DNA of 64,000 nucleotides from Phycisphaerae bacterium (lineage in GTDB: Bacteria > Planctomycetota > Phycisphaerae > UBA1845 > Fen-1342): assembly GCA_050115495.1 (NCBI GenBank), contig JASFQK010000021.1, forward strand, positions 1-64,000, in the 5' to 3' direction. This document shows positions 49,277-59,074 of this stretch, in pieces. The notes under the pieces are model-generated. The model was not told the origin of the DNA. It was given only the letters and a program-made list of their open reading frames with translations, and did no database searches. Made by a program: the position numbers and the translations under genes. Every line of letters begins with the position of its first letter. Within the stretch, counting starts at the first letter, position 1.

Positions 49277-49672
49277 ACGGTTAGCACGAGCGTCGTGGAT
49301 GGAACGATCGGCGTGACCCAGCCCGGCGAAGGAGGAGCGTGAGACAGGCGGTCACGCCGGGACGGGCGCGCGACCAAGGCGCTGGATGGGCGCGACGACA
49401 CGGGGCCGCCTCGCCTGGCGGCCCCCTTCGGCGCGATGTGACTTACCGTGCGCCACGCGCAGAGCTTGCGGCTGTCGTCCCCGGAGAGGGATGCACAGCC
49501 CGGGCTATGCGCGCGCTCAGCCGGCTGCTGGAGACGGGGCCTGGGGACGCCAACCGCCGGGCGGCGACGTCGGCCGACGTGGCCGTTGCGGGTGCAAGGT
49601 TCGTGAGGCCGCCGGACGCGCCGGGACCTGCCCGAGCGACGTTCGCGACGGACAGACATAAGGAGATGGAGC

Positions 49673-52435
49673 ATGCGACGAGCGCTGGCCCTGGGTTTGT
49701 TGGTTTGTTCTGCCCAGCTTGCCGTGGGCGAGATGGTCATCTCGGAGTGGATGTATGGCGGCGCCGACGGTGAATTCGTGGAGTTCACAAACACCGGGCC
49801 GTACACCGTGGATATGACCGGCTGGAGCTTCGACGACGACAGCGCCATCCCGGGCACGGTGGACCTGAGCGCCTTCGGCGTGGTTGAGCCGGGCGAGTCG
49901 GTCATTCTGACCGAGGCGACGGCGGTGGACTTCGCCGTAGCGTGGGGTCTGAGCGGCGTTGCCATCATCGGCGACCTGTCGGCGAACCTCAGCCGCAACG
50001 ATCAGATCAACCTGTATGACGCCGGCGACGGCCTCGTCGACCAGTTGAGCTACGGCGACGAGACGTACCCTGGGACGCCTCGGGCGCAGAACGCGAGCTG
50101 CAACATCCCCGATTCCGACTACGGTTACACAATCGCCCAGACGAGCTGGGTGCTGGCGACGGTCGGAGACGCGTACGGCTCGTGGCTGTCCGCGGGCGGG
50201 GACGTGGCCAGCCCCGGGCGCATCGTCGGCTACGCGCCGAGCGATTTCGACTGGGACGGCGACGTGGACGAGGCCGATTTCGACGCCCTGAGCTGCTGCC
50301 TGGCAGGGCCGGACGTGTCGTACGACCCGCCGCCGGTGGAGTGCGGCCTGGTGCCCGACGCCGAGGGGTTCTTCACCGCTGACTACGACAAGGACAGCGA
50401 CGTGGACTTGGTCGATTTCTCGGTGTTCCAGGGGTGCTTCAGCGGGGCGGACAACCCGGCGGACATCACCTGCGGCGTCCTGGAAGAGCCGCACGAAGAC
50501 ACGTACATCACGCTGAACGGTGACTGGATCGCGGTAGACGGCAGCGGGGTCACGGTGGACGGGACCGAGGCGACGATCACGGTGCCGGGCACGTATCACG
50601 TCGTCGGCACGCTGGACGATGGGCGGATCGTCGTGAATGCGGCGGGCGGCCTGGTGCAGATGCTCCTGGAGGGCGTGGACATCACGAACTCCGAGAACGC
50701 GCCGGTCTTCGTAATGAGTGCCGGCAGCGTCGAGGTCGTCCTGGCTAACCAGACGGTCAACTACCTGACGGACGCGACCACCTACGTCTATCCGGACCCG
50801 GAAGACCCCGAGCCGGATGCCGCCCTGTTCAGCAAGGCCCCCATGACGATCTCGGGCACGGGCACGCTCGTCGTGCAGGGCAATTACCAGGACGGGATCG
50901 CCGGCAAGGACGAGTTGATCATCACCGGCGGCACGCTGGACGTGACAGCGGTGGATGACGGCATCCGCGGCCGGGACTACCTGCGGATCACCGGCGGCGA
51001 TTTCACGATCGAGTGCGACGGCGACGGTCTGAAGGCCACCAACGACGAGGACCCGCTGCTGGGCTACATCACGCTCGAAGACGGGACGTATGACATCACG
51101 TCCGGCGGCGACGGCATCGCGGCCGAGACGCACGCCAACATCAGCGGCGGCGGCTACACGCTGCTGTGTGGCGGCGGCCACACGGTGACCCTCCCCACCG
51201 ACGTTTCCGCCAAGGGCGTCAAGGGGTTGGCCGGCGTCGATATCAGCGGCGGCACGTTCGACATGGACTGCGCCGATGACGGCGTTCACTCCAACGACAC
51301 CGTGACGATCAGCGAAGCCTCGCTGACGATCGCGACCAACGACAACCTCACGGCCGGCTACGGGGACGGCGTGCACGCCGACAACCTGACCCACATCATC
51401 AGCGGGTCGGTGATCATCACCTCATGCTACGAAGGCATCGAGGGCGGGAACATCACCATCGACGACGGCATCATCAACGTCACGTCGTCGAACGACGCCA
51501 TCGACGCAGTGAGCAACATCGTCATCAACGGTGGGCAGTTCACGATTCTCTCCGGCGGCGGGCACCTGGTCACCATTCCGTCGAGCCGCTCGGCGAAGGC
51601 GATCAAGGGACTGGTCAGCGTGACCATCGGCGGCGGCACGTTCGACATCGACGCGGCCGACGACGGTCTCCACTCCGATAACGCCGTGACCGTCAGCGGC
51701 GGCGACCTGACCATTGCGACGAACAGCAGCACGTCCGCCAGCTACGGCGACGGCGTCCATGCCGAGTACTCCTTTCACATGACGGGCGGCAGCATCAACG
51801 TCACGACCGCCTTTGAGGGGCTCGAAAGCCGGGTCATCACGATCGACGACGGTGCCATCCGGGTGAACACGAGCGATGACGGCATCAACGCCGCCGGTGC
51901 CTCCGGGCTGAACAACTACATTCACATCAACGGCGGGTACATCGCGGTTTACGCGCAGGGTGACGGCATCGACGCCAACGGCCACATCACGATGAGCGGC
52001 GGCACGGTGATCGTGCATGGGCCGACGGGCAACTTCAACGGCGCGATCGATTACGACGGCACCTTCAATATCAGCGGTGGATTCCTGATCGCCGCCGGCA
52101 GCGCGGGAATGGCGCAGGCGCCGAGCACGTCGTCGACGCAGCGTTCCATCAAGATCACGTACGGATCCAACAAGGCCGCCGGCACGCTGGCGCACTTGCA
52201 GCTCACGAACAGCCCGTACACGAGCATCTTCACATTCGCGCCATCCAAGATCTACCGGTCGGTCGTGTTCTCGTCGCCGGCTCTGACGCAAGGCACGTCG
52301 TACGGGCTGTACACCGGCGGCAGTTGCACGGGCATGGCGATCGACGGCCTGTACACGGACGGCACGTACTCGGGTGGCACGAGGACGAACACGATCACGA
52401 CGTACAACATCGTGACGAACGTGTACGCACCCTGA
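49673..52435 (+). CDS. Secreted lamin-tail + dockerin-like + DUF4353 (Cthe_2159-type carbohydrate-binding beta-helix) protein
   Basis: VISEWMY..EFVEFTN; DFDWDGDVD..DF; repeated DDGI/DGVH/EGIE; GDGIDANG, GAIDYDG. Confidence 0.8.
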   Translation: MRRALALGLLVCSAQLAVGEMVISEWMYGGADGEFVEFTNTGPYTVDMTGWSFDDDSAIPGTVDLSAFGVVEPGESVILTEATAVDFAVAWGLSGVAIIGDLSANLSRNDQINLYDAGDGLVDQLSYGDETYPGTPRAQNASCNIPDSDYGYTIAQTSWVLATVGDAYGSWLSAGGDVASPGRIVGYAPSDFDWDGDVDEADFDALSCCLAGPDVSYDPPPVECGLVPDAEGFFTADYDKDSDVDLVDFSVFQGCFSGADNPADITCGVLEEPHEDTYITLNGDWIAVDGSGVTVDGTEATITVPGTYHVVGTLDDGRIVVNAAGGLVQMLLEGVDITNSENAPVFVMSAGSVEVVLANQTVNYLTDATTYVYPDPEDPEPDAALFSKAPMTISGTGTLVVQGNYQDGIAGKDELIITGGTLDVTAVDDGIRGRDYLRITGGDFTIECDGDGLKATNDEDPLLGYITLEDGTYDITSGGDGIAAETHANISGGGYTLLCGGGHTVTLPTDVSAKGVKGLAGVDISGGTFDMDCADDGVHSNDTVTISEASLTIATNDNLTAGYGDGVHADNLTHIISGSVIITSCYEGIEGGNITIDDGIINVTSSNDAIDAVSNIVINGGQFTILSGGGHLVTIPSSRSAKAIKGLVSVTIGGGTFDIDAADDGLHSDNAVTVSGGDLTIATNSSTSASYGDGVHAEYSFHMTGGSINVTTAFEGLESRVITIDDGAIRVNTSDDGINAAGASGLNNYIHINGGYIAVYAQGDGIDANGHITMSGGTVIVHGPTGNFNGAIDYDGTFNISGGFLIAAGSAGMAQAPSTSSTQRSIKITYGSNKAAGTLAHLQLTNSPYTSIFTFAPSKIYRSVVFSSPALTQGTSYGLYTGGSCTGMAIDGLYTDGTYSGGTRTNTITTYNIVTNVYAP

Positions 52436-52514
52436 CGGGTCGTTGGGTACACTGGGTGCCTGGTGTCCCGCGCCGGCCGGCGCGGGACGCCGGGTGTGTA
52501 CGCGGACGAACGAT

Positions 52515-53189
52515 ATGCGCGTGCTCATCGTCGAGGATCAGCAGCGGCTGCGGCACTGGCTGAAGAAGGGCCTGAGCGAAGCCGATTTCGTCGTAGACGC
52601 CACGGGCGACGGCCAGGAAGGGCTGTGGTACGCGCGGGGCAATACGTACGACGCCATCGTCCTGGACCTGATGCTGCCCGGGGTGGACGGGCTGAGCATT
52701 CTGCGGCAACTGCGGGCGGCGGGCCGTGACGACCCGGTGCTCATTCTCACCGCTCGGGACACGGTGCCGGACCGCGTCCAGGGGCTGGATCTGGGGGCCG
52801 ACGATTACCTGGTCAAGCCGTTCGCCTTTGAGGAACTGCTGGCGCGCGTGCGGGCCCTGGTCCGCCGGCGGTACGGCAATCGCAGCTCCCTCCTCGAGAT
52901 CGGCGATTTGCGCATCGATACGGCCAAGCGGCAGGTGTGCCGCGACGGAGAAGAGGTCGAGCTGCGAGCGATGGAGTACAAGATCCTGGAATACCTGGCG
53001 CGGCGGGCTGGCGAGACCGTCTCCCGCGCCGAGATCTGGGAGCAGCTCTACGACTTCGGCGCGCAGACGATGAGCAACGTCGTGGACGTGCACATCAGCA
53101 GCCTGCGGCGGAAGATCGATCGGCCGGGAGAGACGAGCCGCATCCAGACGCGTCGCGGCCTCGGCTACATGCTGGGAGCGGGGCCATGA
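52515..53189 (+). CDS. OmpR-family response regulator
   Basis: MRVLIVED, LDLMLPG.DG, GADDYLVKPF, NVVDVHI..LRRKID, TRRG.GY. Confidence 0.95.
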   Translation: MRVLIVEDQQRLRHWLKKGLSEADFVVDATGDGQEGLWYARGNTYDAIVLDLMLPGVDGLSILRQLRAAGRDDPVLILTARDTVPDRVQGLDLGADDYLVKPFAFEELLARVRALVRRRYGNRSSLLEIGDLRIDTAKRQVCRDGEEVELRAMEYKILEYLARRAGETVSRAEIWEQLYDFGAQTMSNVVDVHISSLRRKIDRPGETSRIQTRRGLGYMLGAGP

Positions 53190-54763
53190 CGCCGTCGCTG
53201 CGCTCGCGGCTGGTCCTGGGCATGTTCGTGGGGATCGCGGCGCTGCTGATCATCGCGGGGACAACGATCTACACGGTGCAGCAGCGGCAGCTCTATCGCG
53301 CGTTCGACGACACGCTGCTGAACAGTGCCAATGCCCTGACGCTGCTGATCCACCGCGGTCCGTTCGGCAACTGGTTCGACACGAACCGGCTGGAACGCCT
53401 GCCGGCCGGGCAGATTCGCCAGGGGGCAGTATTCCAGATCTGGAGCGATCAGCCGATCGACATGCTGCCTGCGGGGTGGAACAGAGACGCCGGCGAGGAT
53501 GAGGAGGAGCCCTCCGGGCCGCCGGACTGGCCGCTCGGGCCACCGCCGGACGAACCGTTTGGCGAACCCTTCGGGGAGCCGCCGGACGAGTGGCGGTGGC
53601 GGATGCCGGGCGAGTTGGTGATTCGTTCGGAGTCGCTGGACGGGGCGGACCTGCCGCAGCTCGCCGGGGCGGGGGATAAACCCCGTTTCGAGCGGATCAC
53701 GCTGCCGGACGGCTCGCCAGGTCGGGCCGTCGGGTTGCACGTGCAGATGGCCGGGCGTGGTCCGGGGCCGCGTCGTCCCCCACCGATCAAGCTGACCACT
53801 GTTGTTGCGGCCAGCACCGTGGAGATCGACAAGCAACTGAGCTTCCTGTTGGCGTTGCTGATCGTGACGGCGGCGGGGACGATGGCTGTGGCGGGCGGCG
53901 TGGCCTGGCTGGTGGTGAGTCGCGGGTTGCGCCCGCTGGACGCCGTGGCGAAGCAGATCGCCAATCTGGACGAAACGGGCCTCAAGGAACACATCGCCGA
54001 TCGCGGCGTGCCGCGGGAGATCGAGCCGGTCGTCCAGCAGCTCAACGCGCTGCTCGGGCGGCTCGACGGCGCCTTCGAGCGTGAACGGGCCCTCACGGCC
54101 GACGTGGCTCACGAGCTGCGCACGCCGGTGGCGGAGATCCGAGCGATCACCGACGTGGCGTTGAGCCGCCTGCGGGATCCGCAGGATTACCGCCAGGCGT
54201 TGGGGGACATCGCCGACACGATCAAGACGCTGCAAGGGCTGATCGAGAAGCTACTGACGCTCGCGCGGCTCGAGACGGGGCAGTTGAAGCCGGAGCTGAC
54301 ATCCATCCCGCTGAAGCCCGTGGTCGAGCAGCACTGGATGCTGGTCCAGCCAACGGCGGAGTCGCGCAAAGTCACGCTTGAGGACCGCTGCCCGCCGGAC
54401 GTGCTGGTGGCGGCGGACCCGAAGCTGCTGGAGATGGTCCTGGCGAACGCGCTGACCAACGCCGCGGAGTACGCCCGCGGCGACAGCCGGGTCATCGTGG
54501 AGGCCGCGTGCGTTGGGCAGCACCGGACGCTGATCGTGGGCAATGCGGGTTGTCCGCTGAGTGAAGAGGAAGTGGCCCGAGCCTTCGAGCGGTTCTGGCG
54601 AGCCGACACGGCCCGCAGCCGGAGCGGCCTCAACTGCGGACTCGGGCTGACACTCGTACGACGGGCGATGGAAGCGATGGGCGGAACGGCGGAGGCCACC
54701 GTGAACGCCGACCAGTGGTTCACACTGACGCTCATGTTTCCGCCGGCGGAGGCGGCGGCCTGA
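53186..54763 (+). CDS. Sensor histidine kinase (HAMP-HisKA-HATPase)
   Basis: Two TMs; AHELRTP, NA..NA..Y, FERFWRAD, GLGL; ATGA overlap. Confidence 0.93.
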   Translation: MTPSLRSRLVLGMFVGIAALLIIAGTTIYTVQQRQLYRAFDDTLLNSANALTLLIHRGPFGNWFDTNRLERLPAGQIRQGAVFQIWSDQPIDMLPAGWNRDAGEDEEEPSGPPDWPLGPPPDEPFGEPFGEPPDEWRWRMPGELVIRSESLDGADLPQLAGAGDKPRFERITLPDGSPGRAVGLHVQMAGRGPGPRRPPPIKLTTVVAASTVEIDKQLSFLLALLIVTAAGTMAVAGGVAWLVVSRGLRPLDAVAKQIANLDETGLKEHIADRGVPREIEPVVQQLNALLGRLDGAFERERALTADVAHELRTPVAEIRAITDVALSRLRDPQDYRQALGDIADTIKTLQGLIEKLLTLARLETGQLKPELTSIPLKPVVEQHWMLVQPTAESRKVTLEDRCPPDVLVAADPKLLEMVLANALTNAAEYARGDSRVIVEAACVGQHRTLIVGNAGCPLSEEEVARAFERFWRADTARSRSGLNCGLGLTLVRRAMEAMGGTAEATVNADQWFTLTLMFPPAEAAA

Positions 54764-54830
54764 CGGAGAACATCGGAGATGGAATGGGTTATCGGTCGTA
54801 ACGCGAATTGCGGCGGACCGAGCCGCAACC

Positions 54831-54865
54831 ATTTCATCCTCTATTCACACTCGGTTTGGTAGGAT
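54831..54865 (+). promoter_or_regulatory. OmpR/PhoB-type direct-repeat box plus -10, copy 2
   Basis: aTTTCATcctctaTTCAC-N11-TAGGAT. Confidence 0.55.
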
Positions 54866-54983
54866 GGTGCGTGTCGCGGCGTATCCGCGGCCGTGGAGTA
54901 CCAGGACATGCGCCCGCACGGGCGGGAGGCGAGGGTGTCCCCGTCGTGAAAACCGGTTTGGGCGCAGGGAAGGAGACAGTGTC

Positions 54984-55610
54984 ATGAAATGCGCATGGGT
55001 GGTTGCTCTGGCCGTGTGTCTGGCGCAGTTCGCGTCGGGCGACGTGGTCATCTCGGAGTGGATGTACAGCGGCTCAGACGGGGAGTACGTCGAGTTCACC
55101 AACGTCGGCACCGAGCCGGTGGACATGACGAACTGGAGCTACAGCGACAGCGACGCGCAACCCGGCGACGTGTCATTCCTCGACGTCTTCGGCATCGTCC
55201 AGCCGGGCGAATCCGTGATCCTGACCGAGATGGGGGCGGAAGATTTCCGCATCGCCTGGTGGCTCGACAGCACCGTCAAGATCTTCGGCCCGAACGACAA
55301 CAGCAACCTGGGCCGCAACGACACGATCAATCTCTACGACGCGGCGGGCATTCTGGTCGACACGCTGGCGTACGGCGACGAGGACTATCCCGACACGCCG
55401 CGGACGAAGGACGCCAGCTGCAACATCCCGGCATCCGACTACGGTTACACAGTGGCTCAGACGACCTGGACGCTGGCTGCGGTCGGCGATTCGTTCGGCT
55501 CGTGGACGTCCGTCGGTGGCGACATCGGTACGCCCGGCTGCATTCCGGAGCCGGCCACGGCGGCGCTGCTGCTGATCGGCGGCCTGATGGTTGGCTGCCG
55601 TCGGCGGTAG
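54984..55610 (+). CDS. Lamin-tail domain protein with PEP-CTERM sorting signal
   Basis: VISEWMY..EYVEFTN; C-terminus IPEPATAALLLIGGLMVGCRRR; RBS aaggag. Confidence 0.85.
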   Translation: MKCAWVVALAVCLAQFASGDVVISEWMYSGSDGEYVEFTNVGTEPVDMTNWSYSDSDAQPGDVSFLDVFGIVQPGESVILTEMGAEDFRIAWWLDSTVKIFGPNDNSNLGRNDTINLYDAAGILVDTLAYGDEDYPDTPRTKDASCNIPASDYGYTVAQTTWTLAAVGDSFGSWTSVGGDIGTPGCIPEPATAALLLIGGLMVGCRRR

Positions 55611-55918
55611 GCCCCCGAGTCTCCTCCCCGGGTCCATCGCGGATCGCCGCGCGGGCCCGCTCATACCGGCGGCACGGGTGCCGATTCACCGATCATCGCC
55701 GGAGGATGCGGAGCGAGCGGGCGGACACGATGGTGCACCCACGTAGCGGCCTGCTTCCGAGGAACAGGCCGGACCGCTACGAACGTTGTCGGCGCGGGGG
55801 GGGCGCCCCCCCGCGCCGGCAGACTCCACAGGAGATTCGTTGCGACCGTTTCGTCGGGGGCGGGCGGTCTGCGCCGACGACTTCTCGGCTGACCGGAGGG
55901 CGCTAAGCAGCCCAGCGG

Positions 55919-56686
55919 CTAGGACAGCTTGTGGCCCTGAACATCACGCCGCTTGACGCCGACGATCGCCACGTAATGGAGCGGGTGATGGTCCGTCGCC
56001 AGACGGTGCTGATAGCGTTCGCGGCGGCGCAACTCCAGCGTGCCGTCGTCCAGCATGGCCCGGACCAGCCGGGAGAAGCCGGAGTGATCTCCATTCGAGA
56101 GGAAGTCTTCCTTGATGTTGAAGGCGATCCAACCGCCGACGTCGATCAGGTTGTACGCGGAGATGAATGCCTCGGTCGGGATGTCGCCGAAACCAAGGGC
56201 CGCTACGCAGGTCAACGCGTTGAAGCGGCAACCGGCCAGCTCGCGGCGGTTTCCCTCGTTCAGGGTGGCCATGTCGAGAACATAGTAGTTGTCGTAGGAC
56301 CCGGGCCGGTCGCGCTCCGCGGCCTCGGCGGCTTTCTCGATGATGTCCACGCCCACGATGAACTTGGCGCCCAGATCGGTCAGCTCGTCGGCGACGATGC
56401 CGTTACCAGCGCCGAGGTCCAGGACGCGCAGGTCGTCGGCGGACATGGGCGCATCGGCCAGCTCGGCCTCCAGCAGGCGACGGACGACGCGGGGGGAATC
56501 GCAACCCAGGATGTCGTAGATAACCTTCTCGTAGAGCCCGGGAACCGAGTAGAGCTCGTCATAATCGTGAAAGCGAATCTGACGCCACTCGCCGTTGACG
56601 CGGACAACACACCATTCCGCGTCCTGCGTCAGAGACAGACCCGGCTCCGGCAGAGCCACAATCAGACCGTTGTTATCCGAACTCAC
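55919..56686 (-). CDS. Class I SAM-dependent methyltransferase
   Basis: RVLDLGAGNG, VGVDI, CVAALGFGDIP. Confidence 0.8.
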   Translation of the reverse strand: MSSDNNGLIVALPEPGLSLTQDAEWCVVRVNGEWRQIRFHDYDELYSVPGLYEKVIYDILGCDSPRVVRRLLEAELADAPMSADDLRVLDLGAGNGIVADELTDLGAKFIVGVDIIEKAAEAAERDRPGSYDNYYVLDMATLNEGNRRELAGCRFNALTCVAALGFGDIPTEAFISAYNLIDVGGWIAFNIKEDFLSNGDHSGFSRLVRAMLDDGTLELRRRERYQHRLATDHHPLHYVAIVGVKRRDVQGHKLS

Positions 56687-56757
56687 CGAGCGTCCTCTCT
56701 TCCTACCCCCCTGCTGAGCAGCCCTCATGGACTGCGTGCCGCACTGTCGTCCGCCCC

Positions 56758-57285
56758 CTATGTCGTTTCGCCTGAGGCCGCTTCCACCGGCTCCGCGCCG
56801 GAACGAGAATCCAGCGGGCCGGCGATCAGAATTGGCGAGGCCTCGAGCGTCTGAACGTCCATCATTTCCGCGATGCGCTGGAGCGAGGCGAGCGTCTGGA
56901 ACCGTTCCCAGTCCTTCAACTTGGCGAGCTCCTCACGAAACCGATCCTGCAACAGCGAGGGGGCGTTCTTCAGCACGTCCCGCCCCGCCGTCGTGACCTT
57001 CACGTTCACGCTGCGGCCGTCCTGAGCGTGGCGGAAACGTTCGATGTAACCCACGCGTTCGAGCCGCTGCACGATGCCCGTGAGGGTCGGCTGCCCGACA
57101 TGGATCGCCCGAGCCAGTTCGCCGACGGAGCACTCGCCCAACCGCTCCGCGGCCCGCAGTGTGGCGAGTTGGGGCCAGGTCAACCCGACCTCGTGCACGA
57201 GATGGTGGGAATGCAGGTCGACGCCCCGCATGATTCGGCGAAGGGCGACGACGATCTCGTCCTCGACGGTCAATGAACGATCCAT
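56758..57285 (-). CDS. MarR-family regulator (EctR-like)
   Basis: LRRIMR.VDLHS, GLT.PQL, T.TGI..RLE, DGRSV, LQRIA.MM...L.ASPIL. Confidence 0.85.
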   Translation of the reverse strand: MDRSLTVEDEIVVALRRIMRGVDLHSHHLVHEVGLTWPQLATLRAAERLGECSVGELARAIHVGQPTLTGIVQRLERVGYIERFRHAQDGRSVNVKVTTAGRDVLKNAPSLLQDRFREELAKLKDWERFQTLASLQRIAEMMDVQTLEASPILIAGPLDSRSGAEPVEAASGETT

Positions 57286-57588
57286 ACTCTGCTCGGCGCT
57301 CCAGTTAGATTGAACGCTAAGCATATCATGTTCCACGCAGGGCCGCAACGCTTCCGCCGGCCCAGGAAGGATCATATAAGCATTTTGTTTGCAGCAAGTT
57401 AACATCGCCAGCCGGAATATGCGGACGCTCAGCGCCTTCAGGCTATCGCTTGTATGCGAAATATATTCGTGTCGGGGCGCGGAGTGAACGCCCGCGCCGA
57501 CGCGGACGGTTGCCCAGGGGCGTCCCATCCGCCGGCGTCATGCATGGCAGCCGCAGGAGCACCTCTCCCGTATGCGGCTGGGCGGGGT

Positions 57589-57846
57589 CTAAGTCAACGT
57601 GAGCGCCGGCCTTCCGCCAGCGCTCTGCAGATCCATCGTCTTTCCGCTGAGGAATTCGGCGGTCATCGCGTCGAACACGAGCACCGTGTTCTCATTGTGC
57701 GTGACGACCTCGTCCTCAGGCTTCTGCTCGTCCCATTTGAACTCGAGACGCCCCTCCTGCCTGCCGAGGCGGAGCGTCTTGCCTTCCGGAGCGCCTTGAG
57801 CCATCTCATGAAGACGAGCGGCAGCAGCATCGGTGACAGCAAACAC
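57589..57846 (-). CDS. Small HesB/IscA-like fold protein lacking Cys
   Basis: GTG start with RBS ggagga; VTD.AA..L, LRL, D.V, VLV.D, L.G.T.D pattern. Confidence 0.55.
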   Translation of the reverse strand: MFAVTDAAAARLHEMAQGAPEGKTLRLGRQEGRLEFKWDEQKPEDEVVTHNENTVLVFDAMTAEFLSGKTMDLQSAGGRPALTLT

Positions 57847-58176
57847 GCCATCCTCCTTTCGATTTGGAACAGGGGACCTCCCGACCTGCACAACGCCGAG
57901 ACGCCACCCCGAGAGCACGTAACACCCACTCTCCAGCATGGTACCGCTCAATTGCTTCGTGTCAAATCGTTCGCACACGTCGGTACCGCTCCCGCTGGCA
58001 ACTCTAAGTCATTTAGCCCACGAAGTATATGGATATCAGTTTTGTCACCGCCGTATGCGGTTGACGCATGAACGCTTTCACTGCAATATAATTTGCCGTC
58101 GGGCGCGGGGGACCGCCGCCGTGAGGGATGTCTCTGGTTAGCAGTGTGAGAACGTGGGGGCGAAGGCAGGAGAGTC

Positions 58177-58455
58177 GTGGACAACGGACGGGAACAACTC
58201 GAGGAACTGGGCGCGCGGCTCGACGCCCTGTCCCGCGATGCGAAGAGGCTGAAGGGTGAGTCTTCCCGGGGGCTGGAGCAGTCGCTCCGCTCGCTCCGCG
58301 AACAATGGTCCACCCTCCGGGAGGAGCTGGACGCGATCGAGGTGCTGGGCGGCGAGCCCGGCAGCAACATGATCGTCGCCCTGCAGCAATCGCTGACCAA
58401 CCTGGCCGGCGCCTGTGCAGAGGCGGAGAAGCGGCTCGGGAGCCAGGGCAACTGA
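58177..58455 (+). CDS. Hypothetical coiled-coil protein
   Basis: RBS aggag; heptad pattern; TTGACG and AT-rich -10 region at 58061-58092. Confidence 0.6.
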   Translation: MDNGREQLEELGARLDALSRDAKRLKGESSRGLEQSLRSLREQWSTLREELDAIEVLGGEPGSNMIVALQQSLTNLAGACAEAEKRLGSQGN

Positions 58456-58531
58456 TCGAACGGCGACACTCCAGCACACCCGCTCGCGGGGGGATGTCAC
58501 CGAGCACTCCAAGCGGTCGACCAGAGAGCCG

Positions 58532-59038
58532 TCACTCCGACGGGCTCTTGGCCAGGCCGCTCACTGCTCGCTTGACGGCGCGGAGCAGGTCTTCGCCCCG
58601 AAGGTCCTTGTCGATCACCACGCCGTCGGGGCCGATCAGGAACGTCGCCGGGATGGCACCTACGCCGTAGAGGTTGGCTATCGGACTGTCGGGCCCCTTC
58701 TCGGCCCAGATCTGCGTCCAGGGCAGCTCCTGTTTGGCGACGTAGTCGCGGGCGGTCTGGGCGGTACGATCGAAGCTGATGCCGACCACGACGAGGCCGT
58801 CTTTCGCGTACTCCTCGTAGGCTTTCTTCACATTGAGCAACTCGGCGACACAGGGGCCGCACCAGGTCGCCCAGAAGTCCAGCAGCACGACCTTGCCCCG
58901 CAGGGCCGACAGCTTGAACGGCTGGCCGTCGAGCGTGGTGACCTCGAAGTCCGGCGCCGGCTTGCCACGGTAGACGCCCTGCACTTTGACCTTCTCGATA
59001 TTCCAGGTGAGCTTGCTCTGCCCGACCGGCAGAGTCAT
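58532..59038 (-). CDS. TlpA-family thioredoxin-like domain (possibly the C-terminal part of a UGA read-through protein)
   Basis: GKPAPDF, GKVVLLDFWATWCGPC, VGISFD, IPATFLI.PDG. Confidence 0.85.
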   Translation of the reverse strand: MTLPVGQSKLTWNIEKVKVQGVYRGKPAPDFEVTTLDGQPFKLSALRGKVVLLDFWATWCGPCVAELLNVKKAYEEYAKDGLVVVGISFDRTAQTARDYVAKQELPWTQIWAEKGPDSPIANLYGVGAIPATFLIGPDGVVIDKDLRGEDLLRAVKRAVSGLAKSPSE

Positions 59039-59074
59039 CTCCTTTGACCAGGAGACGTCGCGGGGCGTCGGGCC

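Noticed and set aside
49339..49773. 144-aa ORF with strong RBS aaggaggagc-GTG
   Set aside because: Low-complexity Arg/Ala/Gly translation, no recognisable domain, 100-bp overlap with the 49673 gene; a leader ORF cannot be excluded
49517..51394. Long antisense ORFs (also 15414-17090, 60228-61985, 11288-12736, 6660-7949)
   Set aside because: Shadow frames of high-GC genes with clear motifs on the opposite strand
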